Positions 16,605 through 25,401 of a stretch of DNA of 35,167 nt are shown piece after piece. The position numbers and the translations under genes were made by a program. The notes beneath the pieces are model-generated. The model was not told where the DNA came from. It saw nothing but the letters and a program-made list of their open reading frames with translations, and did no database searches. The stretch is taken from positions 1 to 35,167 of IMG/VR virus record IMGVR_UViG_3300037286_000056. The stretch is one strand, 5' to 3'. Every line of letters begins with the position of its first letter. Positions within the stretch are counted from its first letter, which is position 1. The DNA is from a virus (taxonomy: Duplodnaviria > Caudoviricetes).

Positions 16605-18038
16605 TCAATCACCAACTCTATTCTTTGCTTGTTTGTGAATGCAATCGAAGCACTCTTCTCCAACCGTTGAAGGAGCGATAATGAAATCCCTATCGTTATG
16701 AAGATATTCTACAACATCGAGAATGTCTTCAAGATTCTTTGTGAATCTTATTTGTCTATATGGTTTCTCGCGGATTGGAACGGGTAGCTTTGGCATATGT
16801 ACAATGCCCTCTTTACTACTACGGAAAACTAAATTGAAGGAGTTTTCTATATTCTCTCTTTGTCCAAGCAGTTGACTAATTGTAACTGGTTCAGCTGTAG
16901 TCGAGAATTTCCGCTCGTCTGTGTTCAACCCTTTCCACTGGTTGGTATAATTTGTGAAAATCTGAGTGCCTTGGCGCATCCTTTCTTTCACAATCGAATA
17001 TACTCGCGACGAAGTATCAATTCCTCGCTTAGTAGTTGTCATAGGTAAAGATTGTGGATTGCTGCTTTTAAAAACCACAACTCCCCTTATGCCTATAAAC
17101 TGTGTATGATAGTTAGGGACGCCAGCTTCCCCCCAACCGGTAAGGTGTGTTCTATCATTGTAAAGAACTACGCGATCATTGCAGATTACTGTCCAACCCG
17201 CTTCAGATGATGTCCTCCTCATTTCGTTCTCATCATCTATTTCATCTGGTGAGGGTGGAGGTGCATAGAAACCAACGGCTAAACTTACTTCAACATCACC
17301 AATTATCTGCTTAAACAAATAAGGCTGAATAGTTTGTCCGTCAGTATTCTTACCAATAAGTAATTGAACTGGATGTGGCTGCACCAATGTTCCATTTATT
17401 TTTATTTGAAAGCCTTTTTGAATAATCAAACTATAACTCTGACGTATTGAAGTAACTAAGTCACGGATAAACAAATCTAGCTTGTCTTTACTTTCCCAAC
17501 GAGCAGAAATTCCAGCATTTATGCTCGTAATCATTATGGTTGTGCCACCATTTTCAAGTGTATTCGTATCTGTCAAGTCAGTAATTGGAAAGAACCAATC
17601 ACCATCCATTGCCCAAGTTTGTGGAATTGTTACACTATATAACATACCGTCATTTCGAGTAAAAACCTCAGCGGCTCTGCCAATCTTAAAAATTGCTCTC
17701 TTCATTCCTATTCCGTAGATGCCGACAGTTGGTAATTCATCACCATCGGTATCATTGGGTGAGCGTCCCATCATGAACGCTTTTTCCTCACCAATTTTTC
17801 TTGGTATACCACCACAATTATCAGTAATTGTAAAAGAGTCCTTAGTAATGTCTATTGATGCAGAATAACCAAGATAATAATCAGGTTGATCCATCTGATC
17901 AATTGTTTGCTTTTGACGAACAGCCCCATCAAGGCAATTATCGAGCAGGTCGAGAATTGCATCATTCAAATCAATATCTCGAGTGAGCATCTCCATAAAA
18001 AACGCTTTCGTAGGGTATGCATTAGCAACTGATGTCAT
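16605..18038 (-). CDS. GHKL ATPase, MORC-like (HATPase_c_3 plus S5-like domain)
   Basis: N box DAILDLLDNCLD, G1 ITDNCGGI, G2 GIYGIGMKRAIF, G3 GGTTI; second domain GWTVICNDRVV...IRGVVVF...LPMTTTKRGID. Confidence 0.9.
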   Translation of the reverse strand: MTSVANAYPTKAFFMEMLTRDIDLNDAILDLLDNCLDGAVRQKQTIDQMDQPDYYLGYSASIDITKDSFTITDNCGGIPRKIGEEKAFMMGRSPNDTDGDELPTVGIYGIGMKRAIFKIGRAAEVFTRNDGMLYSVTIPQTWAMDGDWFFPITDLTDTNTLENGGTTIMITSINAGISARWESKDKLDLFIRDLVTSIRQSYSLIIQKGFQIKINGTLVQPHPVQLLIGKNTDGQTIQPYLFKQIIGDVEVSLAVGFYAPPPSPDEIDDENEMRRTSSEAGWTVICNDRVVLYNDRTHLTGWGEAGVPNYHTQFIGIRGVVVFKSSNPQSLPMTTTKRGIDTSSRVYSIVKERMRQGTQIFTNYTNQWKGLNTDERKFSTTAEPVTISQLLGQRENIENSFNLVFRSSKEGIVHMPKLPVPIREKPYRQIRFTKNLEDILDVVEYLHNDRDFIIAPSTVGEECFDCIHKQAKNRVGD

Positions 18039-18078
18039 GATGTCCCTGCTTTCTTTGAGATATCTTTCTATTTATTTG

Positions 18079-18107
18079 ATTATACTTAATGAGCGGGAGA
18101 ATGGCAA
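18079..18107 (-). promoter_or_regulatory. Near-consensus sigma-A promoter for ATPase/methyltransferase-like operon
   Basis: Minus strand reads TTGCCA-N17-TATAAT, about 40 bp upstream of the ATPase start. Confidence 0.75.
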
Positions 18108-18140
18108 TACCTGCACATAGAGTTATCGCTTCCCGCTTTA

Positions 18141-18200
18141 TACACAATATTGATGAACAATGACGCACAAACGCTGTGCACACCGCCCATGTTATACTAC
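18141..18200 (+). promoter_or_regulatory. Putative activator-dependent late promoter
   Basis: Extended -10 TGTTATACT (18190-18198), no consensus -35, upstream imperfect repeats ACACAAT/GAACAAT/GCACAAA/GCACAC. Confidence 0.55.
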
Positions 18201-18227
18201 AAATAATGAAAATCCATCGAAACCCGC

Positions 18228-18253
18228 ACCCACCGCCCGCGCGGTGGGTTTTT
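18228..18253 (+). terminator. Intrinsic terminator-like hairpin in the late leader
   Basis: ACCCACCGC-CCGC-GCGGTGGGT followed by TTTT. Confidence 0.6.
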
Positions 18254-18280
18254 CCATTCCCCCGAAAGGAGGCTCCCGCT

Positions 18281-18688
18281 ATGCCCAACATCCGCGACAC
18301 GCTCACCCACCTGCGCCAGCTCCGCCTGTCGGAAGCCAGCAACAGCGAGCGGGCTTCCGACTACCTCTACCGCTCCACAAACGGCACCAGCAGCAAGCGC
18401 GCAGCCGACATCGGCGGCACGGGGCATTGCCCGCTGACCGACTTTGCCGGGCGCTATTCGCAGGCACGCAATGCCAGTATCGGTGCGCGTAGAGAAGCCG
18501 ACGCCATCTGGAAACGCATCGAGCCGCACCTTATGCAGATGGATCTGGACACCCGCAGCGTCATCACCCTGTTTTACAACATGGCCACGCCGTGGGAGGA
18601 TATCCCCGCTGCCATCAAGCGATCCCCAAAAGCCTGCGAGCGAATGCACCGCGAGGCGCTCGCCGCACTGGAGCGTGAACCATGGTGA
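18281..18688 (+). CDS. Second RinA/ArpU/DUF1492-like HTH protein
   Basis: RBS AAGGAGG; C-terminal RSVITLFYNMATPWEDIPAAIKRSPKACERMHREAL resembles the sigma-4-like HTH of these regulators. Confidence 0.7.
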   Translation: MPNIRDTLTHLRQLRLSEASNSERASDYLYRSTNGTSSKRAADIGGTGHCPLTDFAGRYSQARNASIGARREADAIWKRIEPHLMQMDLDTRSVITLFYNMATPWEDIPAAIKRSPKACERMHREALAALEREPW

Positions 18689-19911
18689 AAGAGCATGTCA
18701 CCCTGCCGCTGGCAGATATCATCCCGTATGACCGCAACCCGCGCCAGAACGATCAGGCGGTGCCCGCCGTGATGGAGAGCATCCGGCAATGCACCTACAT
18801 CAACAACATCGTGGTGGATGAGGACAACATCATCCTAGCGGGCCACACCCGCCATAAGGCCCTCCAGCGGCTCGGCTATACCGAGGTGGAGGTCAGCCGC
18901 GTATCCGGCCTCACTGATGAGCAGAAGCGCAAATACCGCTTGCTGGACAACAAGACCGGCGAGCTGGCCGAGTGGGATTTCGACCTGTTGGCCAGCGAGA
19001 TGGAAGGGCTGGACTTCGAGGGGTTCGATTTCGGCTTTGACCAGGCGGGGGAGACCGCCTTGCCGGAGATCATCGAGGATGATGCGCCGGAGCCGGATGA
19101 GGATCACCCGCCGTTTGCCCGTAGGGGCGATGTGTTCCTGCTGGGCCGCCACCGCCTGATGTGCGGCGACAGCACCGTGGCTGCCGATATCCGCACGCTC
19201 ATGGACGGTACGAAGGCGGACTGTGTGTTCACCGACCCTCCGTGGAATGTGAACTACGGCGCCACCGATCACCCCAGCTGGAAGCCACGCACCATCCTGA
19301 ACGACGCCATGTCCACCGAGGACTTCAAGGCATTCATGGATGCCGCCTACGGCCAGATGGCCGCCGCGGTCAAGCCGGGGGCGATGATCTACGTCGTGAT
19401 GTCTGCGCAGGAGTGGGGCAACAACATGCTCACGCTCGCGGCTGCCGGTTTCCACTGGTCCAGCACGATCATCTGGAACAAACAACAGCCGGTGCTCTCC
19501 CGCAAGGACTACCACACCAAGTATGAACCCATCTGGTATGGGTGGAAGGACGGCGCGCCTCGCCTGTGCCCGCTGATGGACCGCAAGCAGAGCGATGTGT
19601 GGGACATTGACCGCCCGAGGAAGAGCGACGAACACCCCACGATGAAGCCGGTTGCGCTGGTCGCACGCGCCATACTGAACTCATCCGCACAAAAGGTGGT
19701 CGTGCTGGATCTGTTTGGCGGCTCCGGCACCACGCTCATTGCATGCGAGCAGGCAGGCCGAACCGCGCACCTGATGGAGCTGGACCCGAAGTATGCCGAC
19801 GTGATTGTGAAGCGTTACCTTGCCCTGACGGGCGATAAAGAACAAGTGTTCTTATGCCGTAATGGGAAGCGCCTCCCCCTGCCAGCGGAGTTCACAAGCC
19901 AAGGGCGCTAA
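18682..19911 (+). CDS. ParB-like N-terminal domain fused to amino-DNA methyltransferase
   Basis: PYDRNPRQND...ILAGHTRHKA...LLDNK ParB/Srx motifs; FTDPPWNV catalytic motif, HPTMKPV and VLDLFGGSGTT. Confidence 0.93.
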   Translation: MVKEHVTLPLADIIPYDRNPRQNDQAVPAVMESIRQCTYINNIVVDEDNIILAGHTRHKALQRLGYTEVEVSRVSGLTDEQKRKYRLLDNKTGELAEWDFDLLASEMEGLDFEGFDFGFDQAGETALPEIIEDDAPEPDEDHPPFARRGDVFLLGRHRLMCGDSTVAADIRTLMDGTKADCVFTDPPWNVNYGATDHPSWKPRTILNDAMSTEDFKAFMDAAYGQMAAAVKPGAMIYVVMSAQEWGNNMLTLAAAGFHWSSTIIWNKQQPVLSRKDYHTKYEPIWYGWKDGAPRLCPLMDRKQSDVWDIDRPRKSDEHPTMKPVALVARAILNSSAQKVVVLDLFGGSGTTLIACEQAGRTAHLMELDPKYADVIVKRYLALTGDKEQVFLCRNGKRLPLPAEFTSQGR

Positions 19912-19941
19912 AAACACTGTAGGAAACGGTGGTGAGGAGGT

Positions 19942-20859
19942 ATGCCCAACCCCAGAAGCCCGGCGCGTGAAATGGCCTATAACATCTGGCTTGGATCGCA
20001 GGGCCGCCGCCCGCTCACCTATATCGCCCATGAGTGCGGGGTATCCGCAGGGCAAATCCGCAAGTGGAAATCCGTCGACAAATGGACGCTGGAGGGCAAA
20101 AAAAAAGCCGAGCCTGCCGTTACCGTTCCACCAGCGAGAAAGGCGAGCGGTAACAGTAACGCTAAGCGCGGGAAGGGTAACGGTAACAAGGGCAAACGGG
20201 AAAAGCCCAAGCCCGGCAACCCATATGGCAACCCGAACCTTCAACCCGCCCCCGAGGGCAACAAGCGCGCGGTCACGGCGGGCGAGTATGAGACCATCAT
20301 GTTCGACACGCTCAACGATACGGAGAAGCAACTCGCCGCGTCGTGTCTGGAAATGCCCGCGGCTGACAACCTGCTCCGGATGCTGGCCATCCTGACGGTG
20401 CGCGAGCGGCGTATCATGGGCCGCATTCACGCGCGCATGGCGCTGTCCGGCGAATCCACGCAGATCAGCGGCAGCGAGATGTTCGCGATCACGGCTTTGA
20501 ACATCAAGGCCGAGGATACGGCGGGCACCGTGCGCAAAAAGCAGCAGGTCGCTTTCGAGCACGCCGTTTCCTTCCTGACTGATCTGGAAGATGCATTGAC
20601 GCGGGTGCAAAACAGCAAGGCCAAGGTGCTGGAGTCGCTCCACCGGATGCAGCGTGACGCAATCCTGACCGACTTTGAACGCCGCAAGGTGGAGGCGCTC
20701 GAACAGCGTACCCTGCTCGAGCAGAGGCGCTTTGAGTTCGAGTATACGCACGGCGGCAGCGGGCAGTTCAACCCTGTTGGCAACTGGCTGGACGCGACGC
20801 GCCCGTCACCTGATGATGTCGCAGCCCTCTACCCCGCCGATGAGGGGGATGTGCAGTGA
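19942..20859 (+). CDS. terS: Terminase small subunit
   Basis: N-terminal HTH IAHECGVSAGQIRKWKSVDKW, APEGNKRAVTAG motif, EDALTRVQ..K coiled coil; coupled to TerL. Confidence 0.88.
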   Translation: MPNPRSPAREMAYNIWLGSQGRRPLTYIAHECGVSAGQIRKWKSVDKWTLEGKKKAEPAVTVPPARKASGNSNAKRGKGNGNKGKREKPKPGNPYGNPNLQPAPEGNKRAVTAGEYETIMFDTLNDTEKQLAASCLEMPAADNLLRMLAILTVRERRIMGRIHARMALSGESTQISGSEMFAITALNIKAEDTAGTVRKKQQVAFEHAVSFLTDLEDALTRVQNSKAKVLESLHRMQRDAILTDFERRKVEALEQRTLLEQRRFEFEYTHGGSGQFNPVGNWLDATRPSPDDVAALYPADEGDVQ

Positions 20860-22112
20860 AAACGCACGACAGACGGGGGGCGGCATTCACCTTTCAGCCG
20901 TTCAGCCGCCGTCAGCTGCAGCTGCTCAATTGGTGGCGCGACGGCAGCCCGCACATCGATAAGTTCATCTGCATCGCAGACGGCGCGATCCGAAGCGGCA
21001 AAACCACCGCCATGATCGCGTCGTTCTTGCATTTCACGCAGGAGCGCTTCGCGGGCAGGGATTTCATCCTTGCCGGGCGCTCCATCGGCGTGCTCAAGCG
21101 CAACCTGATCAACCCCATGCTTCGGATGCTCAACGCGTGGGGCTGGCCGTATGAGTTCAACCGCAGCGATTATGTGCTCACCATCGGCACCAACAGCTAC
21201 TACCTATTTGGCGCGAACAATGAGAAGAGCCAGGACGTGGTGCAGGGCATGACCGCAGCCGGTGCGCTATTGGACGAAGCCGCACTGATGCCGCAGAGCT
21301 TTGTGGAACAGGTGCTGGGTCGCTGCTCGGTGGACGGTGCCAAGGTGTTCATGAACTGCAACCCGTCCGGCCCGTACCACTATCTGAAAACCGACTTCAT
21401 CGACCGCGCCACCAAGATGGGCGTGCTTCACCTCCACTTCGGCATGGATGATAACCTGACGCTGTCGCAAGAGGTCAAAGCCCGGTACCACCGCACGTTC
21501 AAAGGCGTGTTCTACCAGCGGTTCATCCTCGGTCGCTGGGTGCAGGCCGAGGGCGTCATCTATGACATGTTTGGCGATTCCTCCATCATCGACGATCTGC
21601 CGGGCGATCTGGCCAGCGCCTACCACCGCTACATCGCCTGCGACTACGGCACCAAGAACCCGTGTGTATACCTCGATATACGCTACAGCGGCGTTGATGC
21701 GCTGCTCGTGGAGGAGTACTACTTCGACTCGGCAGCCGAGCGGTACCAGAAGACCGACCAGCAGTACGTTGAGGACATGGAACGGTTCATCGGTACGGAT
21801 GAGCCGCGCGCCATCGTGCTCGACCCCAGCGCCGCATCCTTCCGCGTTGCGCTGCGTCAGCGAGGCCACAAGGTGCGCGAGGCTGATAACGACGTGCTGG
21901 ACGGCATTCGCATGGTGGCGTCCATGCTGGCGCTCGGGCGGCTGAAGATCCATCGGCGCTGCGTCAAGACCATCGCCGAGGTGCGCGCCTATGTGTGGGA
22001 TGAGAAAGCCGCCAAGAGAGGCGCAGAGCAGCCGCTCAAAGAGCACGACCACGCAGCGGACGCATTGCGCTACTTCTGCAAAACCATCGTACGCGACCGT
22101 GACCTGACCTGA
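20856..22112 (+). CDS. terL: Terminase large subunit, PBSX family
   Basis: Walker A DGAIRSGKT, Walker B LLDEAAL, NCNP, nuclease CDYGTKNP, LDPSA and DHAADALRY. Confidence 0.96.
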   Translation: MKTHDRRGAAFTFQPFSRRQLQLLNWWRDGSPHIDKFICIADGAIRSGKTTAMIASFLHFTQERFAGRDFILAGRSIGVLKRNLINPMLRMLNAWGWPYEFNRSDYVLTIGTNSYYLFGANNEKSQDVVQGMTAAGALLDEAALMPQSFVEQVLGRCSVDGAKVFMNCNPSGPYHYLKTDFIDRATKMGVLHLHFGMDDNLTLSQEVKARYHRTFKGVFYQRFILGRWVQAEGVIYDMFGDSSIIDDLPGDLASAYHRYIACDYGTKNPCVYLDIRYSGVDALLVEEYYFDSAAERYQKTDQQYVEDMERFIGTDEPRAIVLDPSAASFRVALRQRGHKVREADNDVLDGIRMVASMLALGRLKIHRRCVKTIAEVRAYVWDEKAAKRGAEQPLKEHDHAADALRYFCKTIVRDRDLT

Positions 22113-22153
22113 GGGTACGTTTTGTCGGCATCAACAAATCATTGGTTCAGACC

Positions 22154-22172
22154 TGTCAAGGATTCCTTGACA
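22154..22172. promoter_or_regulatory. Perfect 19-bp dyad, operator-like
   Basis: TGTCAAGGA-T-TCCTTGACA in the TerL-portal gap. Confidence 0.45.
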
Positions 22173-22200
22173 ACGCAAAGCGTGGAAAGGGGCCAGCGCC

Positions 22201-23619
22201 ATGTTTGACCGATTCTTTCGCTGGCTGAGGGGAGTGATAGACCGGATGCTGGACAGTAAAACAGCCAAGCGTATGGGCGTGAGCGTTGCGGTGTCGGACG
22301 TCATGCAGCAGGCAATCAGCAAGTGGATGGACATGTACCGCGGCAAGGCGTCCTGGCTTGCGACGAACACGCAGCACCTCAGCCTGCCTGCCACGATTGC
22401 GTCCGAGATGGCCACCATGGTCACGCTGGAGGCTGAGGTCAACCTATCCGGCAGTTCCCGCGCGGAGTGGCTTGCCGCGCAGGTAGCCCCCCTGCTGGAG
22501 CACCTGCGGCTGGTGGTCGAATATGCCTGCGCCGAGGGCGGTATGGTGCTCAAGCCGTATGTGGACGGAAAGGACATCGCCATTGACCTCGTGCACGCTG
22601 ATGATTTCTACCCCACGTCCTTCAACAGCCGCAGGGAAATCACCGGCGCCATCTTCCTTGAGCGCAAGCGCAACGGCGACACGCGGTACGTGCGGCTGGA
22701 AACGCATCAGCTCACCGATCAGGGCTACCGCATCACCAACCGTGCGTTCAAAGGCTCTGGCGATTACGATGCCATGCAGGAGATACCGCTCACCGACGTT
22801 GAGGATTGGGCCAGCCTGCAGCCGGACGTGAACATCGAAAACGTTGCCCATCCGCTGTTCGGCTACCTGCGCATCCCGTTGGGCAACACCATCGACCCGA
22901 AAAGCCCGGTGGGGGTGAGCGTGTATGAAAAGGCGTGCGGCGTGATCGAGGAGGCCGACAAGCAGTATCAGCGCCTTCTGTGGGAGTACGAGGGCGGCGA
23001 GTTGGCCATCGACGCGGTTGAGGATGCTTTTGAGGTGGACCCGAAGTCCAAGCAGGTGCGCCTGCCCGTTGGCCGTGAGCGGCTCTTCCGGCCCAACAAG
23101 CTCGACCCCAAGGCGCTCACCGGCGACACGCTCTTTAAGACCTTCAGCCCAGATCTGCGCGACACTGCCTACATTCAGGGCTTGAACAAGCTGCTCCAAC
23201 GCGTGGAAGACCTGTGCGGCCTCTCGCGCGGCACGCTGAGCGACCCCAACGAGGATGCCCGCACCGCGCAGGAGATCAAGCAGACCCGCCAGCGTACGTA
23301 CGCAACCGTGACCGGAATTCAGCGCGCGGCCCAAAAGGCAATTGACGCGCTACTGCTGGCCATGGATACCATCGCGACGCTCTACAAGCTGGCACCCACG
23401 GGCAAGTTCGAGGTGGCCTACGTGTGGGATGACAGCATCGTGGTGGACGCGGAAACCGAGCGCCAGCGCGACCTGGGCGAGGTGCGCGACGGTCTGATGA
23501 TGCCGTGGGAGTACCGCGCGAAATGGCGCGGCGAGTCGGAGGAACAGGCGAAAGCGATTCTGGCTACAGCAGACGAACCGTCTGATGATATGCTGCTCGG
23601 CTTTGCCCCGAAAGCGTAA
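22201..23619 (+). CDS. Portal protein (A118/SPP1-like)
   Basis: 472 aa after TerL; SPVGVSVY, FSPDLRD, VEDLCGLSRGTLS, RTAQEI, WDDSIVVD motifs. Confidence 0.93.
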   Translation: MFDRFFRWLRGVIDRMLDSKTAKRMGVSVAVSDVMQQAISKWMDMYRGKASWLATNTQHLSLPATIASEMATMVTLEAEVNLSGSSRAEWLAAQVAPLLEHLRLVVEYACAEGGMVLKPYVDGKDIAIDLVHADDFYPTSFNSRREITGAIFLERKRNGDTRYVRLETHQLTDQGYRITNRAFKGSGDYDAMQEIPLTDVEDWASLQPDVNIENVAHPLFGYLRIPLGNTIDPKSPVGVSVYEKACGVIEEADKQYQRLLWEYEGGELAIDAVEDAFEVDPKSKQVRLPVGRERLFRPNKLDPKALTGDTLFKTFSPDLRDTAYIQGLNKLLQRVEDLCGLSRGTLSDPNEDARTAQEIKQTRQRTYATVTGIQRAAQKAIDALLLAMDTIATLYKLAPTGKFEVAYVWDDSIVVDAETERQRDLGEVRDGLMMPWEYRAKWRGESEEQAKAILATADEPSDDMLLGFAPKA

Positions 23620-23632
23620 GGGGTGACGCCGG

Positions 23633-25090
23633 ATGCTGCCCGCCGATTATCTGGACACCGTCGCCGAACCACTGGTCGAGCTTTGGAGCAAGGTCGAGCG
23701 TGATATCATCGCCGATATCGTGCGCCGCCTGATTCAGGCGGATTACCTCACCCCCACAGCCAAATGGCAAACCATCAAAGCCCGCGAGATGGGCATGGCG
23801 CAAACGGAGGTTGTGCGCCGCGTGGCAAGGGCCAGCAAGCGCAGCGAGGGCACGGTGAAGCGCCTCGTGGCGCAGGCCAGCGCAGAATCGCTCGGCGTGA
23901 GCGCCGCGCAATACAAACAGGCCGGAATGGACACCGCACCGCTCAGGGGTTCTGCCGCCATGCAGCGCATCGTGGAGACCGGTGCCAAAATGACCAACGG
24001 CCTGATGCGCAACTTTACCCGCACGCTGGCCAGAACGGCGACCAAGGCGCTGGAGAACTGCCTTGATGAGGCGTGGTTGCAGGTCACATCCGGGTCGTTC
24101 TCGCTCGGGCAGGCACTGCGCTCACTGGTGCGCGCGCTGGCGGGCAAGGGCATCACCAAGGTCGCTTACCCCAGCGGCCATCAGGATCAACTGGACGTGG
24201 CCGCCCGCCGCGCTGTGATCACCGGCGTTAATAACACGGTGGGCGAGGTGCAGTTGCAAGCCGCGGCGGACATGGGCACCGACTTGGTGCAGGTGTCCAG
24301 CCATCCGGGCGCGCGTCCAACCCATGCCATCTGGCAGGGCGGCGTATACAGCATCAGCGGAAAGCACCCCAAATACAAGCCCTTCCGCGAAACCACCGGA
24401 TACGGCACAGGCCCGGGCCTTTGCGGGTGGAATTGCAAGCACAGCTTCTACGTGTTCATCGAGGGCGTGAACGAACAGCTGCCCATGAATGACACGCTCA
24501 ACGGCAAGAGCAACGATGAGCTCTATGAAGAGAGCAAGCGCCAGCGCGAGCTTGAACGCAGGATACGCGCGAGCAGGCGTGAGTGCGCCGCTTTGGATGC
24601 CGCTCGCACCACCTCCAAAGACCCTGCTCAGCAAGCCGCATATAACGCGGAGTTCGCCAAGGCAGCCAAGCTGCTCAAGCGGCGGGAAGCCAAACTGGCA
24701 AGCTATTGCAAGGAAACCGGCAGGAAAAAGCTGGTTGACCGTGTGCAGGTGGAGGGGTATAATCAAAGCGTATCCAGCAAAGCAACCGCCGCCGCAAAAG
24801 CAACGCCGCAAGCATTCAGGCAGCTTGCCACAACATCGGATGGCCTGCAAACCAAAGCGACGGCCCACCTGCTGGAGCAGGCCGCCAAACGCGGTGTTGA
24901 CAGCAAGGCCATCAACGGTGCAATCAGCGCACCGCTGCATGTGAAGCCCGTCAAAGCGGATGAGCATGGCCGCCGCAGCCAGCAGTATATCGGCGATGAT
25001 GCGACGGTCGCCATCAACCCGGATACCGGCAAGGTCATCAGCGCGTGGAAGACGGGCAGGCAAACCCGCAAAAAGCATCAAAAGGAGTGA
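23633..25090 (+). CDS. Minor capsid (MuF-type) protein with C-terminal toxin-like extension
   Basis: LDVAARRAVITG, VSSHPGARPTHAIWQG, GLCGWNCKHSF, QRELERRIR motifs; extra ~90-aa basic domain after an Ala-rich linker. Confidence 0.9.
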   Translation: MLPADYLDTVAEPLVELWSKVERDIIADIVRRLIQADYLTPTAKWQTIKAREMGMAQTEVVRRVARASKRSEGTVKRLVAQASAESLGVSAAQYKQAGMDTAPLRGSAAMQRIVETGAKMTNGLMRNFTRTLARTATKALENCLDEAWLQVTSGSFSLGQALRSLVRALAGKGITKVAYPSGHQDQLDVAARRAVITGVNNTVGEVQLQAAADMGTDLVQVSSHPGARPTHAIWQGGVYSISGKHPKYKPFRETTGYGTGPGLCGWNCKHSFYVFIEGVNEQLPMNDTLNGKSNDELYEESKRQRELERRIRASRRECAALDAARTTSKDPAQQAAYNAEFAKAAKLLKRREAKLASYCKETGRKKLVDRVQVEGYNQSVSSKATAAAKATPQAFRQLATTSDGLQTKATAHLLEQAAKRGVDSKAINGAISAPLHVKPVKADEHGRRSQQYIGDDATVAINPDTGKVISAWKTGRQTRKKHQKE

Positions 25091-25095
25091 GCCCT

Positions 25096-25311
25096 ATGGC
25101 AGTACAATTCAAATGGACAGACCGGCAGCGGGAAGTGTTGCGGCATATGGGCTTCCCCCACGACAGCGATACGGTGGACGAGGATCGTCTGGCTAATCTG
25201 GAAGAGATGGTCAGCGAGCACTTGCAACTGCACGGCTTGGCTGACGGCGATGAACTGAACGAAGTCGGCCTTACCTGCGAAACCATCTTGGACGAGATCG
25301 CCAAGGTATAA
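25096..25311 (+). CDS. Small acidic protein, candidate immunity protein
   Basis: RBS AAGGAG inside upstream gene end; 71 aa, acidic, ends NEVGLTCETILDEI; followed by terminators. Confidence 0.75.
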   Translation: MAVQFKWTDRQREVLRHMGFPHDSDTVDEDRLANLEEMVSEHLQLHGLADGDELNEVGLTCETILDEIAKV

Positions 25312-25340
25312 CCGCCAAGCGAAAGCGAGGCGGTTTTTCT
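25310..25340 (+). terminator. Intrinsic terminator-like hairpin
   Basis: AACCGCC...GC-GAAA-GC...GGCGGTT plus T-run. Confidence 0.7.
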
Positions 25341-25368
25341 ATTTTGTCCGGCACTCGAATTCGGAACT

Positions 25369-25401
25369 GAGCGTCACGCAGCAATGCGCGGCGCTTTTTT
25401 C
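25369..25401 (+). terminator. Second terminator-like hairpin
   Basis: GAGCGTCACGCA-GCAA-TGCGCGGCGCTT plus T-run. Confidence 0.6.

Larger units (their letters stand above)
14420..18140. mobile_element. Low-GC accessory cassette (moron) of three genes
   Basis: Abrupt composition change (hand count 21/60 GC at 17341-17400 versus 40/60 at 21781-21840); contains the only credible minus-strand genes; no transposase or terminal repeats seen. Confidence 0.85.

Noticed and set aside
14420-18140. Classical type II restriction-modification system or IS/transposon
   Set aside because: No endonuclease motif, transposase or terminal repeats could be recognised by eye. A divergent nuclease cannot be wholly excluded.
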